Assembly: GCA_947168335.1 (NCBI GenBank) | Contig: CAMVLM010000001.1 | Coordinates: 36,997 to 100,996 of the forward strand | DNA from: an uncultured Butyrivibrio sp. | Lineage (GTDB): Bacteria; Bacillota; Clostridia; Lachnospirales; Lachnospiraceae | Direction: 5' to 3' | Length of the DNA: 64,000 nt | Shown here: in pieces, positions 37,884 to 50,278 of the stretch | Position numbering within the stretch: position 1 is the first letter of the stretch | Layout: the number at the start of each line of letters is the position of its first letter | The notes under the pieces: model-generated | What the model saw: the letters and a program-made list of their open reading frames with translations, nothing else | Database searches by the model: none | Told to the model about the DNA's origin: nothing | Position numbers and translations under genes: made by a program

Positions 37884-37894
37884 AAGAGAGAAAA

Positions 37895-38110
37895 ATGGAA
37901 AGTATTAGTTTAAGAGAAGGCGAAGAGTTTATTAAACTCGGACAGGCCATGAAAAAAGCCGGTCTTGAAGAATCCGGAGTAGATGCAAAAATGGATATTC
38001 AGGACGGACTTGTAAAAGTCAACGGTGAAGTAGAAACAAGAAGAGGTCGCAAGCTCTATGACGGAGATGTCTTTGAGTATGGCGAGGTTCAGGTAAAGAT
38101 ATCAAAATGA
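37895..38110 (+). CDS. yaaA: S4-domain RNA-binding protein YaaA
   Basis: FIKLGQAMK, VNGEVETRRGRKL; synteny. Confidence 0.88.
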   Translation: MESISLREGEEFIKLGQAMKKAGLEESGVDAKMDIQDGLVKVNGEVETRRGRKLYDGDVFEYGEVQVKISK

Positions 38111-39213
38111 TAATAAAATCATTAGAACTTGCAGATTTCAGAAATTATGAAAATCTAAAAATTGAATTCAGCAGCGGAACAAATATCCTCTATGGAGACA
38201 ATGCCCAGGGCAAGACTAACATACTGGAAGCAATATATCTTGCTGCTACTACAAAATCCCACAAGGGAAGCAAAGACAAAGAGATAATATCCTTTGGAAA
38301 AGATGAAAGTCATATAAGAACCATCATTGAAAGAGATGGTGCTGAATACAGAGTAGACATGCATCTTAGAAAAAGTAAATCCAAGGGAATCGCAATTGAC
38401 GGACAGAAAATAAAAAAGGCATCTGACCTTGTAGGAAGATGCAATGTAGTATTTTTTTCACCAGAAGATCTCAGTATCATTAAAGACGGTCCGGTTGAAA
38501 GACGAAGATTCATGGATATGGAGCTCTGTCAACTGGATCAAATTTATTTAGAAAACCTGTCAAAATACAATAAACTCGTTTCAGAAAGAAACAAAGTTTT
38601 GAAGGATATCTTTGAACACCCGGAGACAAAAGTACTTCTGGATGTTCAGGATGCTCAGCTGATTGAGTACGGATCAGTGATTATTAAATCCAGAGAAAGG
38701 TTTATCAAGGATCTCTGTGAAATAATAGGTCCGATTCATAATAAACTGACAGGTGGCAGAGAAAAGCTGGAAATTTTCTATGAACCAAACGTTACTGTTG
38801 ATGAGTTTGAAGAAAAACTCAGAAGTTCAAGACAGAAAGATATATATCTTAAGCAGACAACGGTTGGACCTCACAAAGATGATTTTTCCTTTAACGTAAA
38901 AAGTGAGAATCTTCAAAACAGAGATTCTATAGATATCAGAAAATACGGATCACAAGGCCAGCAAAGAACAGCTTCTTTATCACTTAAACTATCTGAAATT
39001 GAGATAGTGAAAAAGTCAAAGAAAGAAAATCCGGTACTTCTTTTAGATGATGTCTTGTCAGAGCTTGACAGTAACAGGCAGAATTATCTGCTTAATACCA
39101 TCGGTGATATACAGACAATAATCACCTGTACCGGTCTTGATGAATTTGTTAATAACCGCTTTGAAATAAACAAGGTTTTCAGAGTTGTAAATGGAAGTAT
39201 ACCTGAAGAATAA
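38107..39213 (+). CDS. recF: DNA replication/repair protein RecF
   Basis: GDNAQGKTN, GPHKDD, GSQGQQR, LLLDDVLSELD. Confidence 0.97.
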   Translation: MIIKSLELADFRNYENLKIEFSSGTNILYGDNAQGKTNILEAIYLAATTKSHKGSKDKEIISFGKDESHIRTIIERDGAEYRVDMHLRKSKSKGIAIDGQKIKKASDLVGRCNVVFFSPEDLSIIKDGPVERRRFMDMELCQLDQIYLENLSKYNKLVSERNKVLKDIFEHPETKVLLDVQDAQLIEYGSVIIKSRERFIKDLCEIIGPIHNKLTGGREKLEIFYEPNVTVDEFEEKLRSSRQKDIYLKQTTVGPHKDDFSFNVKSENLQNRDSIDIRKYGSQGQQRTASLSLKLSEIEIVKKSKKENPVLLLDDVLSELDSNRQNYLLNTIGDIQTIITCTGLDEFVNNRFEINKVFRVVNGSIPEE

Positions 39214-39225
39214 AATACGGAGTAA

Positions 39226-41169
<1,944 letters not shown>

Positions 41170-41191
41170 TTTGATCCTGAGAGGATAAAAA

Positions 41192-43822
41192 ATGGCTGAT
41201 AATAACAATAACAATCAAAATGGAGAAGACCTTGCTGATGACGTGTTTGATCAGGTAACGACTGACAGAATCAAGGAAGTAGATCTTCAGAAAACAATGG
41301 AAGCAGATTATATCGACTATGCGATGAGCGTTATTGCTTCCAGAGCTATACCGGATGTAAGAGACGGACTTAAGCCTGTTCAGAGGCGTGTCCTTTACTC
41401 AATGATAGAGCTCAATAACGGTCCCGACAAGCCGCACCGTAAGTGCGCGCGTATCGTCGGTGATACAATGGGTAAATATCACCCTCACGGTGACAGCTCT
41501 ATTTATGGATCCCTTGTAAATATGGCTCAGCCCTGGTCCATGAGATACTGTCTTGTTGACGGACATGGTAACTTCGGTTCAGTGGATGGTGATTCACCTG
41601 CTGCTATGCGATACACTGAGGCTCGTCTTTCCAAGATTTCCATGGAGATGACAGCTGACATCAACAAAAATACAGTTGATTTCACACCAAACTTTGATGA
41701 AACAGAAAAAGAGCCTGTTGTTCTCCCCTCAAGATTTCCAAATCTTCTGGTAAATGGTACAACCGGTATTGCTGTTGGTATGGCTACCAACATTCCGCCT
41801 CATAACTTAAGAGAAGTTGTCAGTGCAGTTGTAAAAATGATTGATAACAAGGTTAATGAGGACAGAGATACTGATATTGAAGAGCTTCTGCCTATAGTTA
41901 AAGCACCTGATTTTCCTACAGGTGGAATTATTCTTGGTACAAGAGGTGCTGAAGAAGCATACAGAACAGGTAGAGGAAAAGTAATATGCCGCGCCGTTAC
42001 AGACATAGAGTCTATGCCCAATGGCAAGAGCCGTATTATAGTTACTGAACTCCCCTATCTTGTTAACAAGGCAAATCTTATTGCCAAGATTGCAGAGCTT
42101 GTTAAACTTAAAAAACTTGATGGAATCACTCTCCTTCGTGATGAATCAGACCGCGAAGGTATGAGAATTGTTATCGAGCTCAGACATGACGTTAATGCAA
42201 ATGTAATGCTTAATCGTCTCTTTAAGCATACGCAGCTTCAGGATTCTTTTGGTATCATTATGCTTTCACTTGTAAATAATGAACCTAAAGTACTGGGACT
42301 TGTTGATATGCTACACCACTACATCGTTCATCAGGAAGATGTAGTAACAAGAAGAACTCAGTTTGATCTTAACAAAGCTGAGGAAAGAAACCATATTGTT
42401 GAGGGATTATTGATTGCCCTTGATAATATCGATGAAGTTATCAGAATTATACGTGGTAGTGAAACTGTTCAGATTGCAAAAGAACAGTTGATGGCCAGAT
42501 TCGGATTATCAGATGCTCAGGCACAGGCTATCGTAGATATGCGTCTGCGCACTCTTACAGGTTTGGAAAGAGACAAACTTGAGCAGGAGCATGCTGAACT
42601 CTTAAAGAGAATTGAAGAATTAAAGCTCATTCTTTCTGACAAGAAAGTACTTCTTGGAGTTATCAAGAATGAAATCTCTGAAATTGCCGATAAGTACGGT
42701 GATGACAGAAGAACTCAGATCGGACATGATGATTCTGATATAGATATTGAGGACATGATTCCCAATGTAAATACAGTTATCGCAATGACAAACGTTGGTT
42801 ATATCAAGCGTATGTCTATCGATAACTTCAGATCACAGAACCGTGGCGGTAAAGGAATAAAGGGAATTTCCACAATTGAAAATGATTATGTGGAAGATCT
42901 TTTGATGACAACCACCCATAACTACATAATGTTCTTCACCAATAAGGGAAGAGCTTACAGACTTAAGGCTTATCAGATACCTGAGGCTTCAAGAACATCA
43001 AGAGGAACTGCAATTGTTAATCTTCTGCAGCTTGCTCCCGATGAAAAAATCACTGCTACTATTCCGATTAAGGAATACAGCGATGAGAAGAATCTCTTCA
43101 TGGTTACCAAGAAGGGTACAGTTAAGAAGACTCATGTAATGGAATTTGCCAATGTCAGAAAGAACGGACTTACAGCCATCAATCTTGATGATGATGATGA
43201 GCTTATCGAAGTTAAGACAACAAAAGCTGATTCTGAAATTTTCCTTATAACCAAAAACGGAATGTGTATCCGTTTCAAGGAAACTGATGTAAGACCTACC
43301 GGAAGATCATCAATGGGTGTTCGCGGTATTATGCTTGGCGATCAGGATGAAGTAGTCGGAATGCAGCTCAACAGTCAGGGTGATTCACTTCTTATCGTTT
43401 CAGAAAAAGGATTTGGAAAGAGAACAGAGCTTTCTGAATTCCACCTTCAGAACAGAGGCGGTAAAGGTGTTAAGTGCTACAAGATAACCGAAAAGACAGG
43501 AAATGTTATCGGTGTTAAGGCTGTAAGAGACGAGCACGAAATAATGATGATCACCAATAGTGGAATCATTATCCAGCTTCGTATGGAAGAAATAACAATT
43601 CATGGAAGAGTTACTTCCGGTGTTAAGATGATCAATCTTGATAAGGGCGTACTTGTAGTTGCCATTGCCAAGGTTAGAGAAAAGATTTCCAACGGAGACC
43701 AGGAATTCGAAGATATTGAGGAAGCTATGGAGGATCTCCCTGAAGAAACAGAGAGTCTTGAAGAAATAGATGAAGACGACGCAGATTCAGCAGATGAAGC
43801 GGATGCAGGTGAAGACGAGTAA
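41192..43822 (+). CDS. gyrA: DNA gyrase subunit A
   Basis: [22 protein letters not shown] catalytic Tyr, GyrA-box QNRGGKG, acidic tail. Confidence 0.98.
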   Translation: MADNNNNNQNGEDLADDVFDQVTTDRIKEVDLQKTMEADYIDYAMSVIASRAIPDVRDGLKPVQRRVLYSMIELNNGPDKPHRKCARIVGDTMGKYHPHGDSSIYGSLVNMAQPWSMRYCLVDGHGNFGSVDGDSPAAMRYTEARLSKISMEMTADINKNTVDFTPNFDETEKEPVVLPSRFPNLLVNGTTGIAVGMATNIPPHNLREVVSAVVKMIDNKVNEDRDTDIEELLPIVKAPDFPTGGIILGTRGAEEAYRTGRGKVICRAVTDIESMPNGKSRIIVTELPYLVNKANLIAKIAELVKLKKLDGITLLRDESDREGMRIVIELRHDVNANVMLNRLFKHTQLQDSFGIIMLSLVNNEPKVLGLVDMLHHYIVHQEDVVTRRTQFDLNKAEERNHIVEGLLIALDNIDEVIRIIRGSETVQIAKEQLMARFGLSDAQAQAIVDMRLRTLTGLERDKLEQEHAELLKRIEELKLILSDKKVLLGVIKNEISEIADKYGDDRRTQIGHDDSDIDIEDMIPNVNTVIAMTNVGYIKRMSIDNFRSQNRGGKGIKGISTIENDYVEDLLMTTTHNYIMFFTNKGRAYRLKAYQIPEASRTSRGTAIVNLLQLAPDEKITATIPIKEYSDEKNLFMVTKKGTVKKTHVMEFANVRKNGLTAINLDDDDELIEVKTTKADSEIFLITKNGMCIRFKETDVRPTGRSSMGVRGIMLGDQDEVVGMQLNSQGDSLLIVSEKGFGKRTELSEFHLQNRGGKGVKCYKITEKTGNVIGVKAVRDEHEIMMITNSGIIIQLRMEEITIHGRVTSGVKMINLDKGVLVVAIAKVREKISNGDQEFEDIEEAMEDLPEETESLEEIDEDDADSADEADAGEDE

Positions 43823-45270
43823 TGAGAATAGGTCTACTGATTTCTGAATTTAATGATAAAGATGAATTTGATCTTTGTGCCGGTGCTGATATTGCAGCAG
43901 GTGACCTGGGAGTAGAACTTGTAATTTTCCCGGGAAAATATATTATCACTGATAAAACGCTGGACACTGATTTTCCATACAAATATCAGCATCAGGCAGT
44001 ATATGATTACTGCATTGATGCGGGTTTTGATGGACTGATAATTGATATTCAGAAAATTGGTAAGAATGCTCCAATACTCAAAAGAGAACAGTTCCTCAAT
44101 CAGTTTGGAAAAAAGCCTTTACTGACAGTTACTGAAACAGAAGGCTTTGAACATATCAGATGTGAAGAAAACATATCATATTTTGAAAGAGGTTTTCTGG
44201 CTATTGAGCAGATAATAAAACTGATTTCAGGTAATGATGTAAAAGCTCACAGAACTGAACTTCCGAAATTTACTGAAGACGATTACAGAGATGCTTTCAA
44301 AAGACTTACAGGAATAACCGGCATCATCATTAATGATGAGTGTATAGATGATTATGAAGTAGGAACCAAGAAAGTTATAGCAGAAGGTCTAAATAATTAT
44401 GAGGCATATATTCTTGAGGAGCCTAAAGAGTGTTCTCTGAAAAAGGGATGGAAAATTCCAAAGCACTGTAAGATACTCTTCTCTATTCATGATGGAAAAG
44501 CTGATAAAACAGTTAATAATCTTGACAGGGAAGTTTGTAATATTTTCAGTGAGACAAATATCAAGGGAACAAAGATCATCAGGAATTTCTTTAATAAGAC
44601 CATGCAGTTGGGATTTATTATCACTGATTTCAATAAGGATTTCAGAACTGGATTCTTTGATGACATGCTTGTAAATCTTGTTTCGGCAGGTAACAGAATT
44701 TACTATCTAAATAATTATCTCAAAAATATTGAGGAAGAACTTTCTGAATGCCAGGAGGAGCTTGCACGAGAAGGATCAGTACTTGATCATATAGGTGAAA
44801 ACGACTATCTCACAGATCTTCCGAATCGCAGAGGATTTTTTGCAAAAGCTTATGATTATCTCAAAGATAATTTCAAGGAAGGAACCTATGCGGTGGTATC
44901 TTATATAGATATGGATTCCTTGAAAAACATCAATGCCATTCATGGTCATGATGAAGGAGACCATGCTGTTAAAAGGGTGGCCAATATTCTTCAGGAAGTT
45001 TTCGGAAAAGAAAGCATCTGCGGAAGAATCAGAGGTGATGAGTTCGCTGTAATTCAGGTTACTGAGGAAGAGGATAAAGCAGAAGTTCTCAGAATTGAAA
45101 TGGCCAGACAGAATAATAAGCTTTTCCTCGAAAATACAAAATATCTGAATCACCTGATATATTCAATATGTGAATTTGGTTATGACGAAAGCCTGTCACT
45201 TAGAGAAATGCTTAAGGAGACAGATGATAACCTGAAAAATATGAGAAGAATGGAAATGACCGGTAAATAA
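43822..45270 (+). CDS. GGDEF-domain protein with LacI/PBP-like N-terminus; degenerate RGDEF motif
   Basis: DYLTDLPNRRGF, DMDSLKNINAIHGHDEGD, RIRGDEF; TAATG overlap with gyrA. Confidence 0.85.
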   Translation: MRIGLLISEFNDKDEFDLCAGADIAAGDLGVELVIFPGKYIITDKTLDTDFPYKYQHQAVYDYCIDAGFDGLIIDIQKIGKNAPILKREQFLNQFGKKPLLTVTETEGFEHIRCEENISYFERGFLAIEQIIKLISGNDVKAHRTELPKFTEDDYRDAFKRLTGITGIIINDECIDDYEVGTKKVIAEGLNNYEAYILEEPKECSLKKGWKIPKHCKILFSIHDGKADKTVNNLDREVCNIFSETNIKGTKIIRNFFNKTMQLGFIITDFNKDFRTGFFDDMLVNLVSAGNRIYYLNNYLKNIEEELSECQEELAREGSVLDHIGENDYLTDLPNRRGFFAKAYDYLKDNFKEGTYAVVSYIDMDSLKNINAIHGHDEGDHAVKRVANILQEVFGKESICGRIRGDEFAVIQVTEEEDKAEVLRIEMARQNNKLFLENTKYLNHLIYSICEFGYDESLSLREMLKETDDNLKNMRRMEMTGK

Positions 45271-45278
45271 AAACAACT

Positions 45279-45308
45279 AATGGCTATGTTATTACATAGC
45301 CATTTTTT
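45279..45308 (+). terminator. Terminator closing the dnaN-gyrA-GGDEF unit
   Basis: AATGGCTATGT-TATT-ACATAGCCATT-TTTT. Confidence 0.8.
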
Positions 45309-45332
45309 ACACATGTCAAAGGGCGAAAACTG

Positions 45333-48300
45333 ATGATAGACTGGCAAGGATACTTTCCAAAAAGAATATTGGACAGAGGAAGAGAGTATTTTTCGAAGGG
45401 AAAAGTAAAAGGATTTGTTCAGACAACTGACAGCTGTATGGCCAGGATTCTCGGTACTCAGATTTACAGTACAAAAATCTGGGGATTCAGGTCAGGCAGT
45501 CTTAAGTTTTCATGTAATTGTGCATATGCAAAGGATGGCAATCTTTGTAAGCATGAAGCTGCTCTTCTATTCGAATGGGAAAAAAATAAAACAGGATTTC
45601 CCGAAGAAGAAGTTACTCCTTTCATTGAAAAAGGTGATACATATTTTGTTGTCAGAGATCTTATTGAAAAATATGATATTAAAACCAGTGATATCAAAGA
45701 GGCTGAAAAGCTTTTAAGACAGGGAAAAGTGAGACTTAAGGATGTGGATTTGTATTACACATCTTCCTATGAAGGCGGTGCTTTGTGTATAAGCTTTACA
45801 GGAGAATACCTAGATTCAGCTTATAGCAGACCTGTTAAGATATCTTTTACAAAAGAAAAAATTATAAACGCCAACTGTAGTGCTTTCCATCAGAACAGAT
45901 ATGCATATTACAGTTACTTCAGCGACTATTACAACAATCTGTGTTCTCATGAAATTGCACTGCTTTTCCTTGCAGATGAATATATAAAAAAATATAATCC
46001 CGGTGATGAAACTGACTTTAATGGTGACAAAATTCTGGATAAATACAAAAAAATATCCAGCATTAAAACCATAGACAGCAACGTCGAGAAAAAGAAAATC
46101 CTGAGACTTGAGCCAAGACTAAGTTACGACGGATACAGAAAAAATAATAAATTTGATATTTCATTTAAAATCGGTGCGGATAAGGTATATGTACTTAAAA
46201 ACATTAATGAACTTGTTGAAGCAAAAAACAGGTATTCATCGCTAAAACTGGGAAAGAACTATGCCATATCATTTTTAACTGAAGAATTTGATGATGTATC
46301 ACAAAAGTATTTTCAATTAATTGAGGATGCCAAAGAGAAAGCTGATATTGCAGACCAAAAACTGCATGAAGTAGATCCGTATACAAGAAAACAGCTTATA
46401 TTAAAGGACACAATAAACCTGGATCAGTCAATGATAGATGAATTTTATGATATTGCAAAGGGTCAAAAAGTAGAATTCAAGGATGTGTACGGAGTACTTG
46501 AGAATTTTAACAGTGGTTATATCAAAATCGGTGACGGAAAACTTCATGTAAGCATCAACATTAAAGAGGTTTTTTCGGAATCAGGTGCATTCATCGGACT
46601 TAAAATATCAGGAAATATTCCTGATACCATTAAGGGTAAAAAGTATGACTACATAATTGATGAACAAAAGGGCGTATTTGCAAGAATAGATGAGATACCT
46701 GAAATATTGAAAATTCTTGTGGATAACTCTTCCAACGGACAGATTTCATTCACAGTAGGAAAAAAGAACCTGGCGGAATTCTATTACAGATTTCTTCCGG
46801 AATTATTGGAGTGCCCTCAGGTTGATGTGATTGAAGAAAATCCTGACAGAATACAGCGCTCTCTTCCACCTAAAGGTGAAATAACATATTACATGGATGC
46901 TAATTCCGATGAAATCATAGGAAAAGTAAGCGTAAAATACGGAAATGAAGAAATTGTGCTGCATCCATTAAGAGACCAGGATTTTCCCCTATCTGACTAC
47001 AGAGATTCTGAGTATGAGCAGAATGCAATTAATGCACTTATGAAGTATCTTCCAGATTACATGGAAAGTGAAGATGCTTTTATATGTGAGAGGACAGGCG
47101 ACAATGTCTTTAATATCCTTAGTGAAGGAATAAAAGACATTATGTTTTACGGTGAAGTAAAGGCTAGTAAGGATTTTGAAAACCTTCGCATAAGAAAGAC
47201 TCCAAAGGTAAAACTTGGAGTTTCTGTTGAGAGTGGAATTCTCAATCTGGACATATCCACAGATGATATGTCGGAGGAAGAATTACTCGGACTTCTTGAC
47301 AGTTATAAAAGGCATAAGAAATTCTACAGGCTTAAGAACGGCGAATTTGTTAGCCTTGAGCATGATGAGACTTTAGAAGAACTCACTGCTGCGATGGATG
47401 CAATGGGAATAACAGTTAAGGAGTTTACTGAAGGAAAGCTTCATCTTCCGCTCTACCGTGCTGTCTATATAAACAGACTCCTTGAAGAACATGATGAAAT
47501 CGCTGCAGAGAGGGATAAGAATTTTAAATCTCTTGTCAGGAATTTCAGTCAGGTCAAGGATTCCGACATAGAAGTACCGTCTGACCTGGAAAAAACTCTA
47601 CGTGGTTATCAGAAGTATGGATATAAATGGCTTCATATGATTACAGACCTTGGATTTGGCGGAATACTTGCAGATGATATGGGTCTGGGTAAAACTCTTC
47701 AGATGATCGCACTTCTTCTTGGAAGAAAGAATGAAAGATCAGAGGATGAAGAAAAGCTCCCCTCTCTTGTAATATGCCCTGCTTCCTTAGTTTACAACTG
47801 GCAGGAAGAATTCGGAAGGTTTGCTCCATCATTAAAAGTAGATACGGTGACAGGTTCTATGACAGAAAGGAAAAATTATCTAAAGAACCTGTCTGAAAAT
47901 ATAGATAAAAACAAGGACATACCGGATGTGCTTGTTACTTCCTATGATCTTTTGAAAAGAGACATAGCATTATATGAAAAAATCAGGATTGATATTGAAG
48001 TAATAGATGAAGCCCAGTATATAAAGAATGCCAGCGCTGCGGTATCAAAATCTGTAAAGATAATAAATGCCGCACACAGATTTGCGCTTACCGGTACACC
48101 TATAGAGAACAGACTGAGTGAATTATGGAGCATTTTTGATTTTCTGATGCCTGGATTTTTGTATACCTACGATAAATTCAGGGACAGTCTTGAGACTCCT
48201 ATCACAAAGTTTAAGGATGAGGAAGCAACCGGTAGATTAAAGCACATGGTAGGGCCATTTGTCCTTCGCAGACTCAAGGAAAATGTATTGAAAGACCTTC

Positions 48301-49016
48301 CTGATAAGATTGAGGAAGTTCGCTATGCGAGATTTGAGGATTCCCAGAGAAAGCTTTATGATGCACAGGTTACTCATATGAAAAAAATCCTTCAGAGCCA
48401 GGATTATAATTCAGGTAAGGATAAGCTTAAAGTTCTGGCTGAGCTTACAAAGATCAGACAAATCTGCTGTGATCCTGAACTTATTACAACCGGGTTTAAG
48501 GGTGAGTCCGCAAAAAGAAGAGCTGCAATGGATCTGATTGAAAGTGCGATTGATGGCGGTCACAGAATGCTTGTATTCTCACAGTTTACTTCCATGCTTG
48601 AATTATTGGAAAAAGATCTCAATAAGGAAGGCATAGATTATTACAAGATTACCGGTCAGACTTCAAAAGAAGATAGAATAAAGCTTGTTCATGCCTTTAA
48701 TGAAAACGAAATACCTGTTTTTCTCATATCTCTAAAAGCAGGAGGTACGGGATTAAACCTGATAGGAGCAGATGTTGTTATTCACTACGATCCATGGTGG
48801 AATCTCGCAGCCCAGAACCAGGCAACTGACAGAGCACACAGAATTGGACAGACAAAGAAGGTATCAGTATTTAAGCTGATAATTAAAGACACCATTGAGG
48901 AAAAAATATTGAAAATGCAGGAAGCAAAGAAGGATCTTGCTGATGCAATTTTGAGTGGTGAGGGCGAATCCTTATCTAAACTTACCAAAGAAGAACTCAT
49001 GGATCTGCTTAATTAA
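45333..49016 (+). CDS. SWIM zinc-finger SNF2-family helicase/ATPase
   Basis: CNC...CKH SWIM, ADDMGLGKT, DEAQ, TGTPIEN, SLKAGGTGLNL, QATDRAHRIGQ. Confidence 0.93.
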   Translation: MIDWQGYFPKRILDRGREYFSKGKVKGFVQTTDSCMARILGTQIYSTKIWGFRSGSLKFSCNCAYAKDGNLCKHEAALLFEWEKNKTGFPEEEVTPFIEKGDTYFVVRDLIEKYDIKTSDIKEAEKLLRQGKVRLKDVDLYYTSSYEGGALCISFTGEYLDSAYSRPVKISFTKEKIINANCSAFHQNRYAYYSYFSDYYNNLCSHEIALLFLADEYIKKYNPGDETDFNGDKILDKYKKISSIKTIDSNVEKKKILRLEPRLSYDGYRKNNKFDISFKIGADKVYVLKNINELVEAKNRYSSLKLGKNYAISFLTEEFDDVSQKYFQLIEDAKEKADIADQKLHEVDPYTRKQLILKDTINLDQSMIDEFYDIAKGQKVEFKDVYGVLENFNSGYIKIGDGKLHVSINIKEVFSESGAFIGLKISGNIPDTIKGKKYDYIIDEQKGVFARIDEIPEILKILVDNSSNGQISFTVGKKNLAEFYYRFLPELLECPQVDVIEENPDRIQRSLPPKGEITYYMDANSDEIIGKVSVKYGNEEIVLHPLRDQDFPLSDYRDSEYEQNAINALMKYLPDYMESEDAFICERTGDNVFNILSEGIKDIMFYGEVKASKDFENLRIRKTPKVKLGVSVESGILNLDISTDDMSEEELLGLLDSYKRHKKFYRLKNGEFVSLEHDETLEELTAAMDAMGITVKEFTEGKLHLPLYRAVYINRLLEEHDEIAAERDKNFKSLVRNFSQVKDSDIEVPSDLEKTLRGYQKYGYKWLHMITDLGFGGILADDMGLGKTLQMIALLLGRKNERSEDEEKLPSLVICPASLVYNWQEEFGRFAPSLKVDTVTGSMTERKNYLKNLSENIDKNKDIPDVLVTSYDLLKRDIALYEKIRIDIEVIDEAQYIKNASAAVSKSVKIINAAHRFALTGTPIENRLSELWSIFDFLMPGFLYTYDKFRDSLETPITKFKDEEATGRLKHMVGPFVLRRLKENVLKDLPDKIEEVRYARFEDSQRKLYDAQVTHMKKILQSQDYNSGKDKLKVLAELTKIRQICCDPELITTGFKGESAKRRAAMDLIESAIDGGHRMLVFSQFTSMLELLEKDLNKEGIDYYKITGQTSKEDRIKLVHAFNENEIPVFLISLKAGGTGLNLIGADVVIHYDPWWNLAAQNQATDRAHRIGQTKKVSVFKLIIKDTIEEKILKMQEAKKDLADAILSGEGESLSKLTKEELMDLLN

Positions 49017-49049
49017 GGGTTTTATTAAAAAATTGGAAAAAATATAAAC

Positions 49050-49077
49050 TAAAAATTCAGTTGAGTAATGACGAAAA
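49050..49077 (+). promoter_or_regulatory. Candidate sigma-28 (SigD/FliA) promoter
   Basis: TAAA-N16-GACGAAAA, compared with consensus TAAA-N15/16-GCCGATAA. Confidence 0.4.
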
Positions 49078-49136
49078 AGAATATAGAATGATAGTATCTA
49101 TAGGTTTAAATAGCAGATACTCAGCGAGGTAAACAA

Positions 49137-49343
49137 ATGGGAATAGACGCAAATGGACTTGATCCCGAGCAGCAGGCACTGCTTGCCAGCATTATGGGAA
49201 AGTCTTCTCAACAGGGTGGAGGTGGTTTCAGCATTCCACAACCTGCTACCACTGCGGCAGCTCCTTCAGCTGATGCAAACAGTGGCAAAATGTTAAGTCA
49301 ATCCGAAATTGATGCACTTATCGCTTCCATGACCAATAATTGA
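49137..49343 (+). CDS. Small protein with C-terminal FliM-N-type CheY-binding motif
   Basis: GAGGT RBS, 68 aa, ends MLSQSEIDALIASM. Confidence 0.75.
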   Translation: MGIDANGLDPEQQALLASIMGKSSQQGGGGFSIPQPATTAAAPSADANSGKMLSQSEIDALIASMTNN

Positions 49344-49443
49344 AGATATATTATTAGTCAAATAAATGCACCACTTCTGTAATATACAGCGGTGCGCTTG
49401 TAATGCAACAAATATCAAAGCCAGAATAAAAGGCTATTATTAT

Positions 49444-49467
49444 AAGGGCAGTGGGAACTGCCTTTTT
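49444..49467 (+). terminator. Terminator after the small-protein gene
   Basis: AAGGGCAGT-GGGA-ACTGCCTTTTT. Confidence 0.7.
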
Positions 49468-49504
49468 ACATGGAATTAAATAAAATAACCAGAGGGTCAG
49501 ATAT

Positions 49505-50266
49505 ATGTCAAAAAAGCTAGTATCATGGAATGTTAACGGACTTCGTGCCTGCGTTTCAAAAGGAGAATTTCAGAAATTTATTGATGAGGAAAAGCCGGAT
49601 GTAATCGGGCTTCAGGAGACAAAACTCCAGGAGGGACAGATAGAACTTGACCTTCCGGGATATCATCAGTATTGGAATTACGCAGAAAAGAAGGGATATT
49701 CCGGAACTGCTCTTTTTACCAGGGAAAAGCCAATAAATGTTACTTATGGCATTGGAATTGAAGAGCATGACCATGAGGGAAGAGTCATAACCGCTGAATA
49801 TCCGGATTATTATCTGATCACGGTTTATGTTCCCAACGCAAAGGATGACCTTTCAAGGCTTGAATATCGTTGTGTTTGGGAGGATGACTTCCTTGCCTAT
49901 GTAAAAAAACTAGAGGAGAAAAAGCCGGTTATCTACTGTGGTGATCTGAATGTTGCCCACAAGGAGATAGATCTTAAGAATCCCAAGCCCAATCGTGGAC
50001 ATGCCGGATTTACAGATGAGGAAAGAGAAAAATTCGACAACGTAATAGGTGCGGATTTAATCGATACATTCAGATATTTTTATCCTGACCTGGAAGGCGC
50101 ATATTCATGGTGGTCGTACAGATTTCAGGCCAGGGCCAAAAACGCAGGGTGGAGAATAGATTATTTTGTTACTTCCAAATCCCTGAATGACAGACTGGAG
50201 GATGCCGTAATTTATAAGGATCAGATGGGTTCAGATCACTGTCCTGTCGGACTGATTCTTAAATAA
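49505..50266 (+). CDS. xth: Exodeoxyribonuclease III / AP endonuclease
   Basis: [32 protein letters not shown]. Confidence 0.95.
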   Translation: MSKKLVSWNVNGLRACVSKGEFQKFIDEEKPDVIGLQETKLQEGQIELDLPGYHQYWNYAEKKGYSGTALFTREKPINVTYGIGIEEHDHEGRVITAEYPDYYLITVYVPNAKDDLSRLEYRCVWEDDFLAYVKKLEEKKPVIYCGDLNVAHKEIDLKNPKPNRGHAGFTDEEREKFDNVIGADLIDTFRYFYPDLEGAYSWWSYRFQARAKNAGWRIDYFVTSKSLNDRLEDAVIYKDQMGSDHCPVGLILK

Positions 50267-50278
50267 ATTTGGAAAAGT

